Of a stretch of DNA of 64,000 bases, positions 10,862-21,200 are shown in pieces. Origin of the DNA: Nitrospirota bacterium (GTDB lineage Bacteria > Nitrospirota > UBA9217); assembly GCA_963845065.1 (NCBI GenBank), contig CAWJQQ010000008.1, positions 64,001 to 128,000 of the forward strand, written 5' to 3'. Under the pieces are notes generated by a model. It saw only the letters and a list, made by a program, of their open reading frames with translations. It was not told where the DNA came from and searched no databases. Both the position numbers and the translations under genes were made by a program. The stretch's first letter is position 1. Each line of letters starts with the position of its first letter.

Positions 10862-11980
10862 ATGGCCAAAGATTACTATCAACTGCTGGGTGTTCACAGG
10901 AATGCGACCGAAGCCGAGCTCAAGCGTGCCTACCGGAAGCTTGCGCAGGAATTCCATCCTGATAAAAACCAGGGCAATAAGGAATCTGAAGAGAAGTTTA
11001 AAGAAATCAACGAAGCATACGAGGTCCTTTCCGATCCGCAGAAACGCGCATATTTCGACCAGTACGGAGTCGCGCCGGGTGCGCAGCCCGGGGGCGGTCC
11101 CGGATTCGGTGGCGCAGGCATGGGTGACATCTTCGGTGATATTTTCGAGGAGTTTTTCGGGGGCGGGGGCGGCCGCGGCCGCGCCCGGGCGACGCAAGGT
11201 GACGATCTTCGGTACAATCTCAAGATCAGTTTTGAAGACTCGGTGTTCGGCACTACGACCAAGATCCGCGTACCGCGGTGGGAACGTTGTCCCGATTGCG
11301 ACGGAACCGGGGCCAAGACGAAGGACGGCATCGTAACCTGCCCGGTCTGCCACGGGGCTGGCCAAATCCGTACTCAGCAGGGGTTCTTTAGCATAAGCCG
11401 CACCTGTTCCCGCTGCAACGGGGAAGGCAGGACCATCACGGATCCCTGCAACACCTGTAAAGGTCGGAAGCAGGTCGAACGGGAGCGGAATCTCTCTGTG
11501 AAGATCCCGGCAGGAGTGGAGACGGGGAATACTATTCGTTTGAGCGGTGAGGGGGGATTGGGTTCCTACGGCGGACCGCCTGGAGATTTGTATGTGTTTC
11601 TCACAGTCGAAGACCATGCACTGTTTAAACGGGAAGGGCAGAACATCGTATGTGACGTCCCGGTTAGCTTCACCCAGGCGGCTCTTGGCACGGAAATCGA
11701 AGTACCGACGATGAACGGCGGTACTAAGCTCAAGATTCCGGCTGGCACACAGCCGGGTCATGTTATTAAGCTCCGTGGGAAAGGGTTTCCACATCTCCGC
11801 GGAGCGGGGACTGGCGACCAGCTGTGCAGGATAGCGGTCGAAGTCCCGTCGAACCTGACATCGAAGCAAAAAGAATTGCTCCAGGAATTCGATCGTCTGA
11901 ACACCGAGGAGTCTTCTCCTTTAACCAGAGGCTTTTTCAATAAAGTGAAAGACCTGTTTGGAGATAAAACGAAAAAATAA
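10862..11980 (+). CDS. dnaJ: Chaperone DnaJ
   Basis: J-domain with HPD, G/F-rich region, four CxxCxGxG-type repeats, C-terminal domain. Confidence 0.99.
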   Translation: MAKDYYQLLGVHRNATEAELKRAYRKLAQEFHPDKNQGNKESEEKFKEINEAYEVLSDPQKRAYFDQYGVAPGAQPGGGPGFGGAGMGDIFGDIFEEFFGGGGGRGRARATQGDDLRYNLKISFEDSVFGTTTKIRVPRWERCPDCDGTGAKTKDGIVTCPVCHGAGQIRTQQGFFSISRTCSRCNGEGRTITDPCNTCKGRKQVERERNLSVKIPAGVETGNTIRLSGEGGLGSYGGPPGDLYVFLTVEDHALFKREGQNIVCDVPVSFTQAALGTEIEVPTMNGGTKLKIPAGTQPGHVIKLRGKGFPHLRGAGTGDQLCRIAVEVPSNLTSKQKELLQEFDRLNTEESSPLTRGFFNKVKDLFGDKTKK

Positions 11981-12158
11981 TGTGAATTGTTCGAGACGCG
12001 GCAGTTCATGTTCCTCAAGGGTCAGCATCTTGGAACTGGACGCATCCCGATCGAGATAGGAAAGAAGAAGGATTTTCGGGGGGACATATGCGCAGTTATC
12101 AACGTCGAAAATTGTCCGCTTACGTAAGCGAAGTAAATAATATAACATTTTGAAAAGT

Positions 12159-12197
12159 CACCCTTCAGCCAACCCTCCTAAAGAGTTGGCTGAGGGT
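12159..12197. terminator. Long inverted repeat, possible terminator downstream of dnaJ
   Basis: CCTTCAGCCAAC ... GTTGGCTGAGGG flanked by A-tracts. Confidence 0.45.
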
Positions 12198-12684
12198 AAA
12201 AGAAGAATCGATTCAAATGTGTTCGTAATAGTTTTGAATCCTGGCTTTCGTCGGTTCGAGATAGAAAGTAAAGTTCATGAAACTCTGTTTTCCGGTGCAG
12301 CACAATGAAGGAATCGAGAGCAAGGTCCATAATCATTTCGGGACATAGTTGACGGTGAAACGAATTCCGTGAATGTGATCCGAAACGACAGCTAGCGCCA
12401 TGCCCACGGTGCCTGTAGCCCTAGCAAGGCTGTAAATAATCAAAAGTTAGACGCGGTCGTTGCGTTTGGCATCGGTGCAGGAGCACTGTCCGATTTCTGT
12501 CGTCGCCCCGCCTCTTTTTCATCATGTGGTGAGATAGTTCATCACGGGATACTCCGTTCATCCTCTTTCCGATATGGTATACTTGTACTAAAAGAATTTT
12601 CCGATTGAATATTTATCTTGTCCGTTCTATGGCACCGCTCAAAAAGACAACTCATTCCATGGAAAAATTAAAAAGGAGGACCAG

Positions 12685-13170
12685 ATGGACGCTCTCGAAG
12701 TGGCAATGAAGATGGAAACTGACGCAATAGCGTTCTATACCGAGGCGGCACGTAAGACGAAGTACCCGGCGGGGAAAAAGATGTTTCAGACGATCACGGA
12801 AGATGAAAGACGCCATCTCGAAATGATCTCCCAGTTCGTCAAAGGGATGAACATAACGCATAAAGATGTTAGCCCGATGAAGAACGTCAAAACAGTCTTC
12901 GAGTCGTTGAAAGACGAAATGATGAAAAAAGTGGAAGTAACAGTCGACGAAATGGAAGCGTTCAAGATCGCAATGCAGATGGAGAAGGAGGGCATGGCAT
13001 TCTACGAGAGGACACTCACTCAGGCCAAGACCGATAAGGAAAAGGCCTTGCTGCGGAGGCTAATCCAAGAGGAACAGCAGCATTACGAAATTTTTGCGAA
13101 CACCCAGCAGTACCTAGCAGATACAGGCAACTGGTTCATGTGGGAGGAACGGGGCATCGTTGAAGGATGA
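12685..13170 (+). CDS. Ferritin-like / rubrerythrin-family protein
   Basis: Duplicated AMxME...FY...EExxH di-iron motifs (EDERRH, EEQQH); RBS AGGAGG. Confidence 0.9.
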   Translation: MDALEVAMKMETDAIAFYTEAARKTKYPAGKKMFQTITEDERRHLEMISQFVKGMNITHKDVSPMKNVKTVFESLKDEMMKKVEVTVDEMEAFKIAMQMEKEGMAFYERTLTQAKTDKEKALLRRLIQEEQQHYEIFANTQQYLADTGNWFMWEERGIVEG

Positions 13171-13264
13171 TAATGTCTCGTGCAACAGACACGACGAAGT
13201 CCGGATAGGATCTCATCCAAACGGGTCTCTCCCATTTATCTTAATAATATCCATGGACAAACGA

Positions 13265-13291
13265 AAAGCTCGGTACTTGATACCGAGCTTT
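13265..13291 (-). terminator. Terminator downstream of the small peptide ORF (possibly bidirectional)
   Basis: Perfect 11-bp stem AAAGCTCGGTA-cttga-TACCGAGCTTT, running into TTTTCGTTT on the minus strand. Confidence 0.75.
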
Positions 13292-13325
13292 CACTGTTTT
13301 TTGTGCCGAAACAACCATATGATTT

Positions 13326-13388
13326 TTAACAGGAGCTTTTACACTTACAGGTCAAAGCCAATTTCTTTGACACTTTTTTGATCGTCAT
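13326..13388 (-). CDS. 20-aa Cys-rich putative RiPP precursor MTIKKVSKKLALTCKCKSSC
   Basis: AAAGGAGG RBS 6 nt before the ATG, TAA stop, downstream terminator. It starts 145 bp after the stop of a radical SAM/SPASM gene on the same strand. Confidence 0.75.
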   Translation of the reverse strand: MTIKKVSKKLALTCKCKSSC

Positions 13389-13532
13389 TGAGGGCCTCCT
13401 TTCCTGAAGAGTACTGTTTGGGGAGTATAGAGCGGCGTTCATTGACGTGCTCCCACCGCTAAAGAATGCTGGACTTCTCGCGCGGGGCTCCTAATTGTTT
13501 GGGAACGCGGCACGAAACTAGAATATGATCTT

Positions 13533-14663
13533 TTATATTATACCATACAGATTGCACCGGTAAGAATCTTTTCCGCTCCTGCCATTAAGAAGTCCAGCGC
13601 GGTACCGGCATCCGCCGCGGCATACATCAATAAAGTCACAATTGCACGAGGTATCATTGAGCTGCACAGGTATGATCTTCTTCCAGGCTACACGCAGCCC
13701 ATCGTGAATCGTGCCGACCGATTGATCTTGGTAGAACGTGCATTTTGCGATTTTACCGTCGGCCATCACGGACATGAGATGGTAGCCGCAACCAAATCCC
13801 TGGACAGTAGCGTGCAAACCGTCTCCGTATCCATATCCCAGATATCTCCCTCCTTCTTCAGGACCCACCTGCAAGTCGGCATTGTCCTTGAGCCGGCCAG
13901 TCGCGCATGGTACGTCCACGGTCCAATCCTTTATTCCCATGTTGTGAAATAGCCGCTCCATGTCGTCGAAGTCGCCAAAATTTGCCCGGTGCACCATGGT
14001 TGAAATCGACACCGCAAAGCCAGCGTCGAGCGCTAATTTGACCGCGTCCATGGAGCGATTGTATGTCCCGCTGCCGCGGACCGCATCGTGAGAACGTTCC
14101 AGTCCGTCTATGCTCACCTGGATTTCGTCAACCTTTAAGGTTTTGAGAAGGTCCTGCGTAATAAGGATACCGTTTGTGAACAGGATTTTACGGAGAAAAA
14201 AATCCGGGAGCATTTCATTTATTTCGTCGAAGTGCGTGTGTATCAACGGCTCGCCTCCCGTGATCAGCACCCGAAGACCCTGCATGTCGGTAAATTCCTT
14301 CAACAAGTCTTGAATCCGTTCACGGGAAAGTTCGTGGGGTCTCGCTGAATCAATATAACAGTGCCTGCAACGAAGATTACAAGCATCTGTAATCTGGAGC
14401 TCAAGATATCTGAGTGAGGGGACCGGTGACTGCGTAAGGCAAGGGCGTTGCAGATTGGTCGCCTCAGTCGTCAGAAGGCCTTCGTCCACGCAATAATCGG
14501 TAAATCCGCAGTCCTTGGACGAGCAACCCTCTGCCGAGGCGCAGTTTTTTAAAAAACGAAAAGACTCGTCGTCCAGCTCGTATAGTTCATCTTTCGCAAT
14601 CTGATAAATGGACGGAGTTTCCAGCCACTTGAGAGCAGCCCGCCGAGCCAAAAAATAATTCAT
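13533..14663 (-). CDS. Radical SAM / SPASM-domain protein with RRE(PqqD)-like N-terminus; putative peptide maturase
   Basis: CNLRCRHC, ITGGEPL, QVSIDG. SPASM-type Cys array CGYHLMSVMADGKIAKC...CNCDFIDVCRGGCRYRA...YRC. N-terminal extension of ~70 aa (YELDDESFRFL...YCVDEGLL). Confidence 0.9.
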   Translation of the reverse strand: MNYFLARRAALKWLETPSIYQIAKDELYELDDESFRFLKNCASAEGCSSKDCGFTDYCVDEGLLTTEATNLQRPCLTQSPVPSLRYLELQITDACNLRCRHCYIDSARPHELSRERIQDLLKEFTDMQGLRVLITGGEPLIHTHFDEINEMLPDFFLRKILFTNGILITQDLLKTLKVDEIQVSIDGLERSHDAVRGSGTYNRSMDAVKLALDAGFAVSISTMVHRANFGDFDDMERLFHNMGIKDWTVDVPCATGRLKDNADLQVGPEEGGRYLGYGYGDGLHATVQGFGCGYHLMSVMADGKIAKCTFYQDQSVGTIHDGLRVAWKKIIPVQLNDTSCNCDFIDVCRGGCRYRAGLLNGRSGKDSYRCNLYGII

Positions 14664-14709
14664 AGGCGTATTATAGCACCGCTGACGAAACTTTGTTATA
14701 ATTGAAAAA

Positions 14710-15039
14710 ATGAGCAAAAATAAAACATTGGTTCAAAAATTGTGTATTCCATATTGCACCTACTATAAACCTGGCAGGAACGAGGAGTTGTTGTGTGGCG
14801 GCGCTATTGTAGTTAAGCGATGGATACAGGAAGGTAGGCAGCTCGCTCCTGAGAAGCTCGGAGGAGAACCGGACCATGCGACAATTGAGTTGATCGTAGA
14901 AAAGATGTGCACTGCATGCGATTTTCATGATCATGATTGCGATTTTATGGAGGACCGCCATACCCCGGCTTGCGGTGGTTTCGTATTCCTGTCTAAACTC
15001 GTTATGTCAAGACAAATTGTGATGAGTGATATTACCTAG
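14710..15039 (+). CDS. Cys-rich hypothetical protein with an internal two-fold repeat
   Basis: CIPYC..(12)..CGG and CTAC...C...CGG halves. Divergent from the rSAM gene; TGtTATAAT lies 7 nt before the ATG. Confidence 0.7.
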   Translation: MSKNKTLVQKLCIPYCTYYKPGRNEELLCGGAIVVKRWIQEGRQLAPEKLGGEPDHATIELIVEKMCTACDFHDHDCDFMEDRHTPACGGFVFLSKLVMSRQIVMSDIT

Positions 15040-15258
15040 CCCATCCATCGTTTCCTTCGAAATCTGCAATTAAAAATGCAACCAAAGTATCTCCAGATCA
15101 ATTTTTTATCGTTCGTAAGTACTGCCCCGCACGAGTGCCGCCGAAATTATGAAGGAAGAACAAAGATAGTAGCAGCAGTATGTCGAATCTTCCGCTCATT
15201 TTTTTTTGCAATGTCCTCCGTAAAAGGGAAAAAAAATGCAGTAATTTAGTCATCGAAC

Positions 15259-16701
15259 TTATTGGCTCTGCGACAGACTGAGTGACACGCTTTCGAAGAC
15301 CGACGTTGCATAGTTGGGGAATGATCCGGTGGGGAAACTGCTGAAATAAACGCGTGGCATCTGGCCTCCGATTGTCGGATCTCCGGTTTCGCCCATGAGA
15401 GTCGGGTAATAGAGTGAGCGTCCTGCCTCGCTATAGGGGGTACCGATGGGCTCGGACCAGTTGATCGGGTCGCTTGAAGCTCGCACCTTTACGATTCCTC
15501 CACTTGACTGGTAAACGGCCAGGTAAACATCAAAGACGCTGTCGCAGAGTACTTCGGGCTGGCTTCCTGGTTCGTCAGTCCAGAGAGGCGCGTACGAGCC
15601 GGCGGTCCCTGTTTCGTCGGACGTATCGCTGGTGGCGGGCTGCGTCCAAGGGTCCGGTGAGGCGCCGTCGTACTTGTGGAACACCGTCGCGATCTGGTCC
15701 GGATCGCCGGAGAGCGCGGCTGCTACCAAATCGCTATAGAGCGCGCGCGCGACGCCTATGCAAGCATTAGTACTACACACGCCTGGCAGTCCTGGTAGGA
15801 GGTCGGTGTAGAAGAGATAAAAGTATGCAGTGTTGGGATCCGCTGGCGGGTTATCGAGGTGATTGCCGTTCACATCAGCAACAACTAGCGACCCGTATCC
15901 GACGGGCATGTTCTTGCCTCCGCTAGTGAACACGGATATCGGCTGGCTCGGCTGGAAGATCTGCCCCACAACCTGGAAGGTTTTTCCATCGTCAATCGAC
16001 ACCGCCAGCCCGATGGCTCCATAGAAGCAGGGCACCTCGGAGCCGGTGCTGCCGATAACGAAGCACTTGCCATCTGCAGTCGCAGAATTGATCCAGTGGT
16101 ACTCGCCATGAAAGGGAATGAGCCACCCGTTCGTCGTACCGCTTGTAAAGCTAACGACCTGACCGCCGCCCGCATAGTCTCTGTCGAAGATCCAGCCAGC
16201 CGGGCCGTCCCCGGGACCGAACAGCCTAGTACAATTGCTTGCCGTTACTTGATTGAGCGACCCGATGAAAGTGAATTCTCCGTTGACGCTCGGGCTTCTA
16301 GAGCACAAGGCAGTAGAACCGGCGCTGCCATAGAACGTGTAGGTTATGCCGCTCGAGGGGATCGCTCCGAATTGACCGTCCGAAGGACCGAAGGAAAAGC
16401 CATAGCCTGCTAGCTGGGTGTGCGTCGCGAAGGTAAGGGGTGCGCCAAAGGTCCCGCGAATGTTAGGGACTCCAGGCATCGTTCCACCACCACCTCCACA
16501 CTTAAAGAGGGCCAGAGACAGTACTAAAATGAAAAAAAAAGACAGCACTAATATCCTGCTGTACCTTTTATTTATCTTCAGCTTGTCCTCTTCTCCAGGT
16601 TTATTCTCTTGGTCTAGGTCATTTCGAATCTGCATCCTTTCCCGCCGAGGTAAGCTTGCAGAACTATAAAAAAAATTATGAATTAAATCCCTTTTTCTCA
16701 T
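15259..16701 (-). CDS. Secreted or membrane-anchored hypothetical protein, possibly a beta-propeller (start uncertain)
   Basis: 480-aa ORF; hydrophobic segment then CGGGGG (lipoprotein-like); Asp-box-like AVSIDDGKTF and RASSDPINWS. Confidence 0.7.
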   Translation of the reverse strand: MRKRDLIHNFFYSSASLPRRERMQIRNDLDQENKPGEEDKLKINKRYSRILVLSFFFILVLSLALFKCGGGGGTMPGVPNIRGTFGAPLTFATHTQLAGYGFSFGPSDGQFGAIPSSGITYTFYGSAGSTALCSRSPSVNGEFTFIGSLNQVTASNCTRLFGPGDGPAGWIFDRDYAGGGQVVSFTSGTTNGWLIPFHGEYHWINSATADGKCFVIGSTGSEVPCFYGAIGLAVSIDDGKTFQVVGQIFQPSQPISVFTSGGKNMPVGYGSLVVADVNGNHLDNPPADPNTAYFYLFYTDLLPGLPGVCSTNACIGVARALYSDLVAAALSGDPDQIATVFHKYDGASPDPWTQPATSDTSDETGTAGSYAPLWTDEPGSQPEVLCDSVFDVYLAVYQSSGGIVKVRASSDPINWSEPIGTPYSEAGRSLYYPTLMGETGDPTIGGQMPRVYFSSFPTGSFPNYATSVFESVSLSLSQSQ

Positions 16702-17314
16702 TTGATGTACCCCGCTATAAAAGAAGAGTGCCTATTTTTTATTCTTCGGCAACTCTACTATCTTCGGTTCTTCATAATAAAGATATAATCCGTCCCATTT
16801 AGAAATAATCGTAACTCTAACCCTAGCTCTTGTCAAGGTACACCGCAGGCGCTACTCTGCCGACTGGAAAGAATTTTCCTGTCAGTTAGATTTCAGCTCT
16901 GGAAGAATATAGTCACAGGTCCAGTGACATATGTATGAAATCGCGGCCACTAAACGTTATCTCCAATTCTTTTTTTATAGATCTAAATATTACGAGGAAA
17001 GCAGAAAAGATTAAGCTTGCATTGCCGTCTAATATAGTATTTATTATAAGTATATTAAAAGAGGGTGGCCAAAAAAGGATTACCCGACACGACCAAAGCC
17101 AGGTGTCCGTCTGTTCAGGGAGTTCCGATATTGAACATAACCATGGTCGGAGACAGCCTCGTGCATATCTCGAAGCTCACCAGTAAAGGTTTCTACGATG
17201 CCACGGTTCGTATCGATAAGATCAGCGCAGTTTTGTCCAAAGTGTGCGGTAACTGATTCAAATCGTCCAATAGGACGGTCATGAATAATCATCTAGAATC
17301 AATGGAGGTATCAA

Positions 17315-17506
17315 ATGGCAGATAAAACAACAATTCCCTGTCCAGAATGCAGCGGTAAAGGTTTCATAACCTGTCCTGCATGCCGCGGACAAGGAAGGCA
17401 GCCCAGTACCAATGCTGCTCAACGTCCTTGTCCGAATTGTCACGGTTCGGGAAAAAGCGTCTGTCCTCAGTGTCGGGGTGCGAGAAAAGTAAGTAGTGAA
17501 CAATAA
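17315..17506 (+). CDS. Stand-alone DnaJ-type (CxxCxGxG) zinc-finger protein
   Basis: CPECSGKG, CPACRGQG, CPNCHGSG, CPQCRGAR in 63 aa; GGAGG RBS. Confidence 0.8.
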   Translation: MADKTTIPCPECSGKGFITCPACRGQGRQPSTNAAQRPCPNCHGSGKSVCPQCRGARKVSSEQ

Positions 17507-17522
17507 AAATTATCCGGCGGTT

Positions 17523-17914
17523 TTATAAGTTTGGAGGCCGGAATAACGACACTACCGAGATGAATTCCTTTCCCGACCTTTGTGTAAGAGCCATGGAAAA
17601 CATGCCAAACATAAAGAGCGTATAGTTTTCAATGTACTTATGGACTTCGAATTCTCTTAGGACACTCAACGCATTCAGGCGGACATCGCCTTTGGAGGGC
17701 AAGCCAGCCAAGTCTTCAAGCGACTTTCCTGAAGCATCCTTTATCTTGTAAAGATTTTCGGTGTGGATGAATTCGCAGAGGATATGTTCTTCGTGGTAAT
17801 TCGCGACGCCGTGCTCGCCCGCGGGTTCTCCTAGAACCCGAAGTCTCGGACCCTGAGGAAGAGCTTCCGCAAGGGGTGGTCGGCGCTAAGTGCTATCCTT
17901 CTCGCTGAAAGCAT
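17523..17914 (-). pseudogene. Degraded conserved hypothetical protein
   Basis: RBS AAGGAG plus ATG 17914 gives ...DHPLRKLF, then a stop. Another frame continues EFIHTENLYKIKDASGKSLEDL...REFEVHKYIENYTLFMFGMF, resembling an uncharacterised bacterial family (recalled, not searched). Confidence 0.5.
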
Positions 17915-18251
17915 GATCTCCTTGAGGAGAAGGTGAAACCAAAATATTTCGGCAATATATTACCGCGAAAAGTAAGGAGGAGTCTCGAGAGTACACGTCC
18001 ACTTGCAAAATAAGAACCCTTCCCATATTCTCCTCAAGAACTGCAATGCGTGCTATACTTGTGTCAACTTAGTCATTTGCTCCAAACCGATCCCAAATAA
18101 CGTGAACAAACAGGATATCAACATTCTGAGTTTGTTTCGGTAACAAAGATTGTTTTTCTAAATTTAAACTTAAAAAAAATGTCGTGATGCATGAGGTCTT
18201 GGACTTACTACAGCGGCGAGCCATGCTGCCCGTAGTAAGTCGAGGGAAACT

Positions 18252-21200
18252 TTGCTGAAAATCCAGCCCAAAAGAGGAAATAGATTGCCACAGGGAACGT
18301 CGTCGCAGCCGTGCAGCGTGGGCATAAACATCGGAGCGATAACGGTAAAGGTAGTGGCGCTCCGAGGGGACAGTGTTTTTCCCAGGGTGAAGACCCATCA
18401 AGGCCGCCCCTTGGAGGTGCTAAAGGAAATGCTCGCCGGGAAAGAGTTTAAAGGAGCCGACTATTTCGGAGTGTCCGGACGCCGCGGCCATATCTCTGAG
18501 GTTGCCGCAATAGAACGGGCTTTGGGCGAGATGGGGAGCGATTTTGACGCCGTCGTATCGCTGGGTGGCGAGTCCTTCCTGGTTTACCTTCTGGTAAACG
18601 GAAGGATCGCGAATGTACTTTCGCACAATAAATGCGCTGCTGGCAGCGGCGAGTTCTTTGTGCAGCAGATCGGCCGGATGAGGCTCACTATCGATGAAGC
18701 GATAGAGCGCTCGTTCGGGGGGAAGGTCGTGCCACTGGCAAATCGGTGCTCAGTTCACTGCAAATCGGACATCACCCACAAGCTCAACCGGAATGAAGCG
18801 AGCCTCAACGACATCCTGCACACACTGCATGACAGCATGGCTGACAAGGTGGTCTCACTGTTGGAAAAGGGCCAGCGCCAGCTCAAGAGGGTACTCATCA
18901 TCGGCGGTGTATCTCAAAACGCCGCTCTCTTGTACTCTTTGAGGGAGAAACTTCTCTCCACGGAAATCGTTGTAGTTCCAGAGAGTCTTTGCTTCGAGGC
19001 CTGGGGTTGCGCCTTGCTCACCCGGGATTACCCTTGTTACAGCTCTCCGAAAATCTCGCTCCAACCGATCCTGGACAGCTTTCCGCCGCTTCATTGCCAG
19101 TCGGGCCACGTGCAGGTCATAGCGCCTCTACCGCGCCAGCCCTCCCCAGAGGGATTGCTTGTCCTTGGTCTTGATGTGGGATCGACGACGACTAAGGCAA
19201 TCTTGCTCGACCAGTCCACTAAGGGTATAGTTGCATCGCACTATACTCGTACGCAAAGCGATCCGGTGGGCGCCACACGCGAGTGTATAAGGGCCATAGT
19301 ACAAGAGGCTGGCAACCTCCGGGTCGGACTGATCGGAACCACAGGTTCGGCCCGAGAACTGGTTGGAGCCTACTTGGACACCTCCCATGTGTACAACGAG
19401 ATCTCGGCCCATGCAGCGGGGGCTACCCATTTCGATGCTGATGTGGATACTATCTTCGAAATCGGCGGCCAGGACTCAAAATACATCCACCTCCGGAATG
19501 GTGTGCCTGTGGATTATGCGATGAACAACGCCTGCTCAGCTGGCACCGGTTCATTTCTGGAAGAGAGTGCTCAAGGCGACCTCGGCATCTCAGTGTCGGA
19601 GATCGCCGAAGCCGCGCTGGCAGCAACGTCCCCGGTGCAGTTAAAAGCAACATGCGCGGCGTTCATCAATTCCGACATCCGCATTGCTTTTCAGCAAGGC
19701 CAGTCGCGCGAGAACATAATTGCGGGGCTGGTATACGCGATCGCCGAAAACTATCTCACCAAGGTCAAGGGGCCCCGGGTCGTGGGTAAGAAGGTGTTCC
19801 TTCAGGGCGGTGTTGCCCTAAATCGCGCCGTGGGCCATGCCTTTGCGCATAGCGTTGACCGCACCGTCGTGATCCCGCCTAACCCCGAATTGATGGGAGC
19901 GCTTGGCGTCGCGCTCCTGGCCCTGACGCGTTCCCACGGTGAGGTTGATGTCGCGACGGATCTGTTGTCCCTAGCTTTGGCGGAGATGGCGTCTCCTGGG
20001 CGCTTCATTTGCAAGGCATGCCGGATGCACTGCAGCATAGACCGTTTCGAGGTTGCTGGCCGGCGCTTCCCCTTCGGAGGACGCTGCAACTTGTACGAAA
20101 ATGTTTGGAAGAGAAATACCCGCGTTATTGCTGCGCCGGACCTGGTTGGACAACGGGCCGAATTGATCTTTGGAACGGCCGACAATCACGACGAAAGGCC
20201 GACAATCGATCGCGGCCGACCGACCATCGGAATTCCGAGAGCGCTCTTAACTCACTCGCTCTATCCGCTCTATTCAACCTTCTTCTCAAGCCTTGGATCT
20301 GACGTGATCCTGTCTGGTCTGGACCCCCATGGTGAGTTGAAATCCTATTCCGGATTTTGTTTCCCTGCGCAGACAGCACATGGAGCAATCCTTGATCTTG
20401 CCAAACGAGGCGTGGACCTGGTCTTTCTACCCCATGTGAAAAGAATGCCTCAACACTGCGGTTGCCGTGATTCCTACCTCTGCCCAATTACTCAGGCCAG
20501 CCCTTATTTCCTTGCTGCGGCATTTTCAGATGTCCGTTTTCTTTCACCTGTCCTGGATTTCACCCGTGGCTATGAATGCGGCCCGGACCTGAAGGAGATG
20601 GTTGTGCGCGAGTTCGGGATTGGACTCGAAAAGATTCAGCAGGCTTGGGAGGCCGCCAAGAGCGCCCAGGTGAGTGTCGAACGCGCCATGCAGGAGCTGG
20701 GACAGCAGGCCCTCGAGCGCTCGCTGTTGGAAGGAAAAGCAACGATCGTGCTTGCCGGACGTAGCTACAATGCCTACGCCCCCGAGTCTTCTCAATCAGT
20801 CGGCAGGAAACTCTCCAGTATGGGCGTGACGGTTATTCCCGCTGATTGTCTGGCGTCGATCGAAGAAGGACCCTTTGCATGGTACTTCTCCAACCAGGTT
20901 CTGAACTCCATGGCTATGGCCAAAAAATATCCAAATTTGTTCCTGGTTTGCATTAGCAATTTCAGCTGCACTGTGGACGCCTTTACCCACGCTAGGGTCG
21001 CGTCCGAGATGGGCTCCAAGCCGTATCTGATCCTCGAAATCGACGCTCACACAGCCGACGCCGGGGTCCAGACCCGCCTCGAGGCCTTTCTGGATATCGT
21101 TCATAACTATCAGGGCGCGCCGGCCGAGCAGAACCGACAGTTCTCCCTGTGCCACGTCGGCGCCGGCAATACGGTCATCCGGTCACGAGGGGAGGCCGTA

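Noticed and set aside
10550..11869. 439-aa antisense ORF over dnaJ, and similar long antisense ORFs over dnaK, the activase, trxB and lptD
   Set aside because: These are shadow ORFs arising from the codon bias of well-supported genes on the opposite strand.
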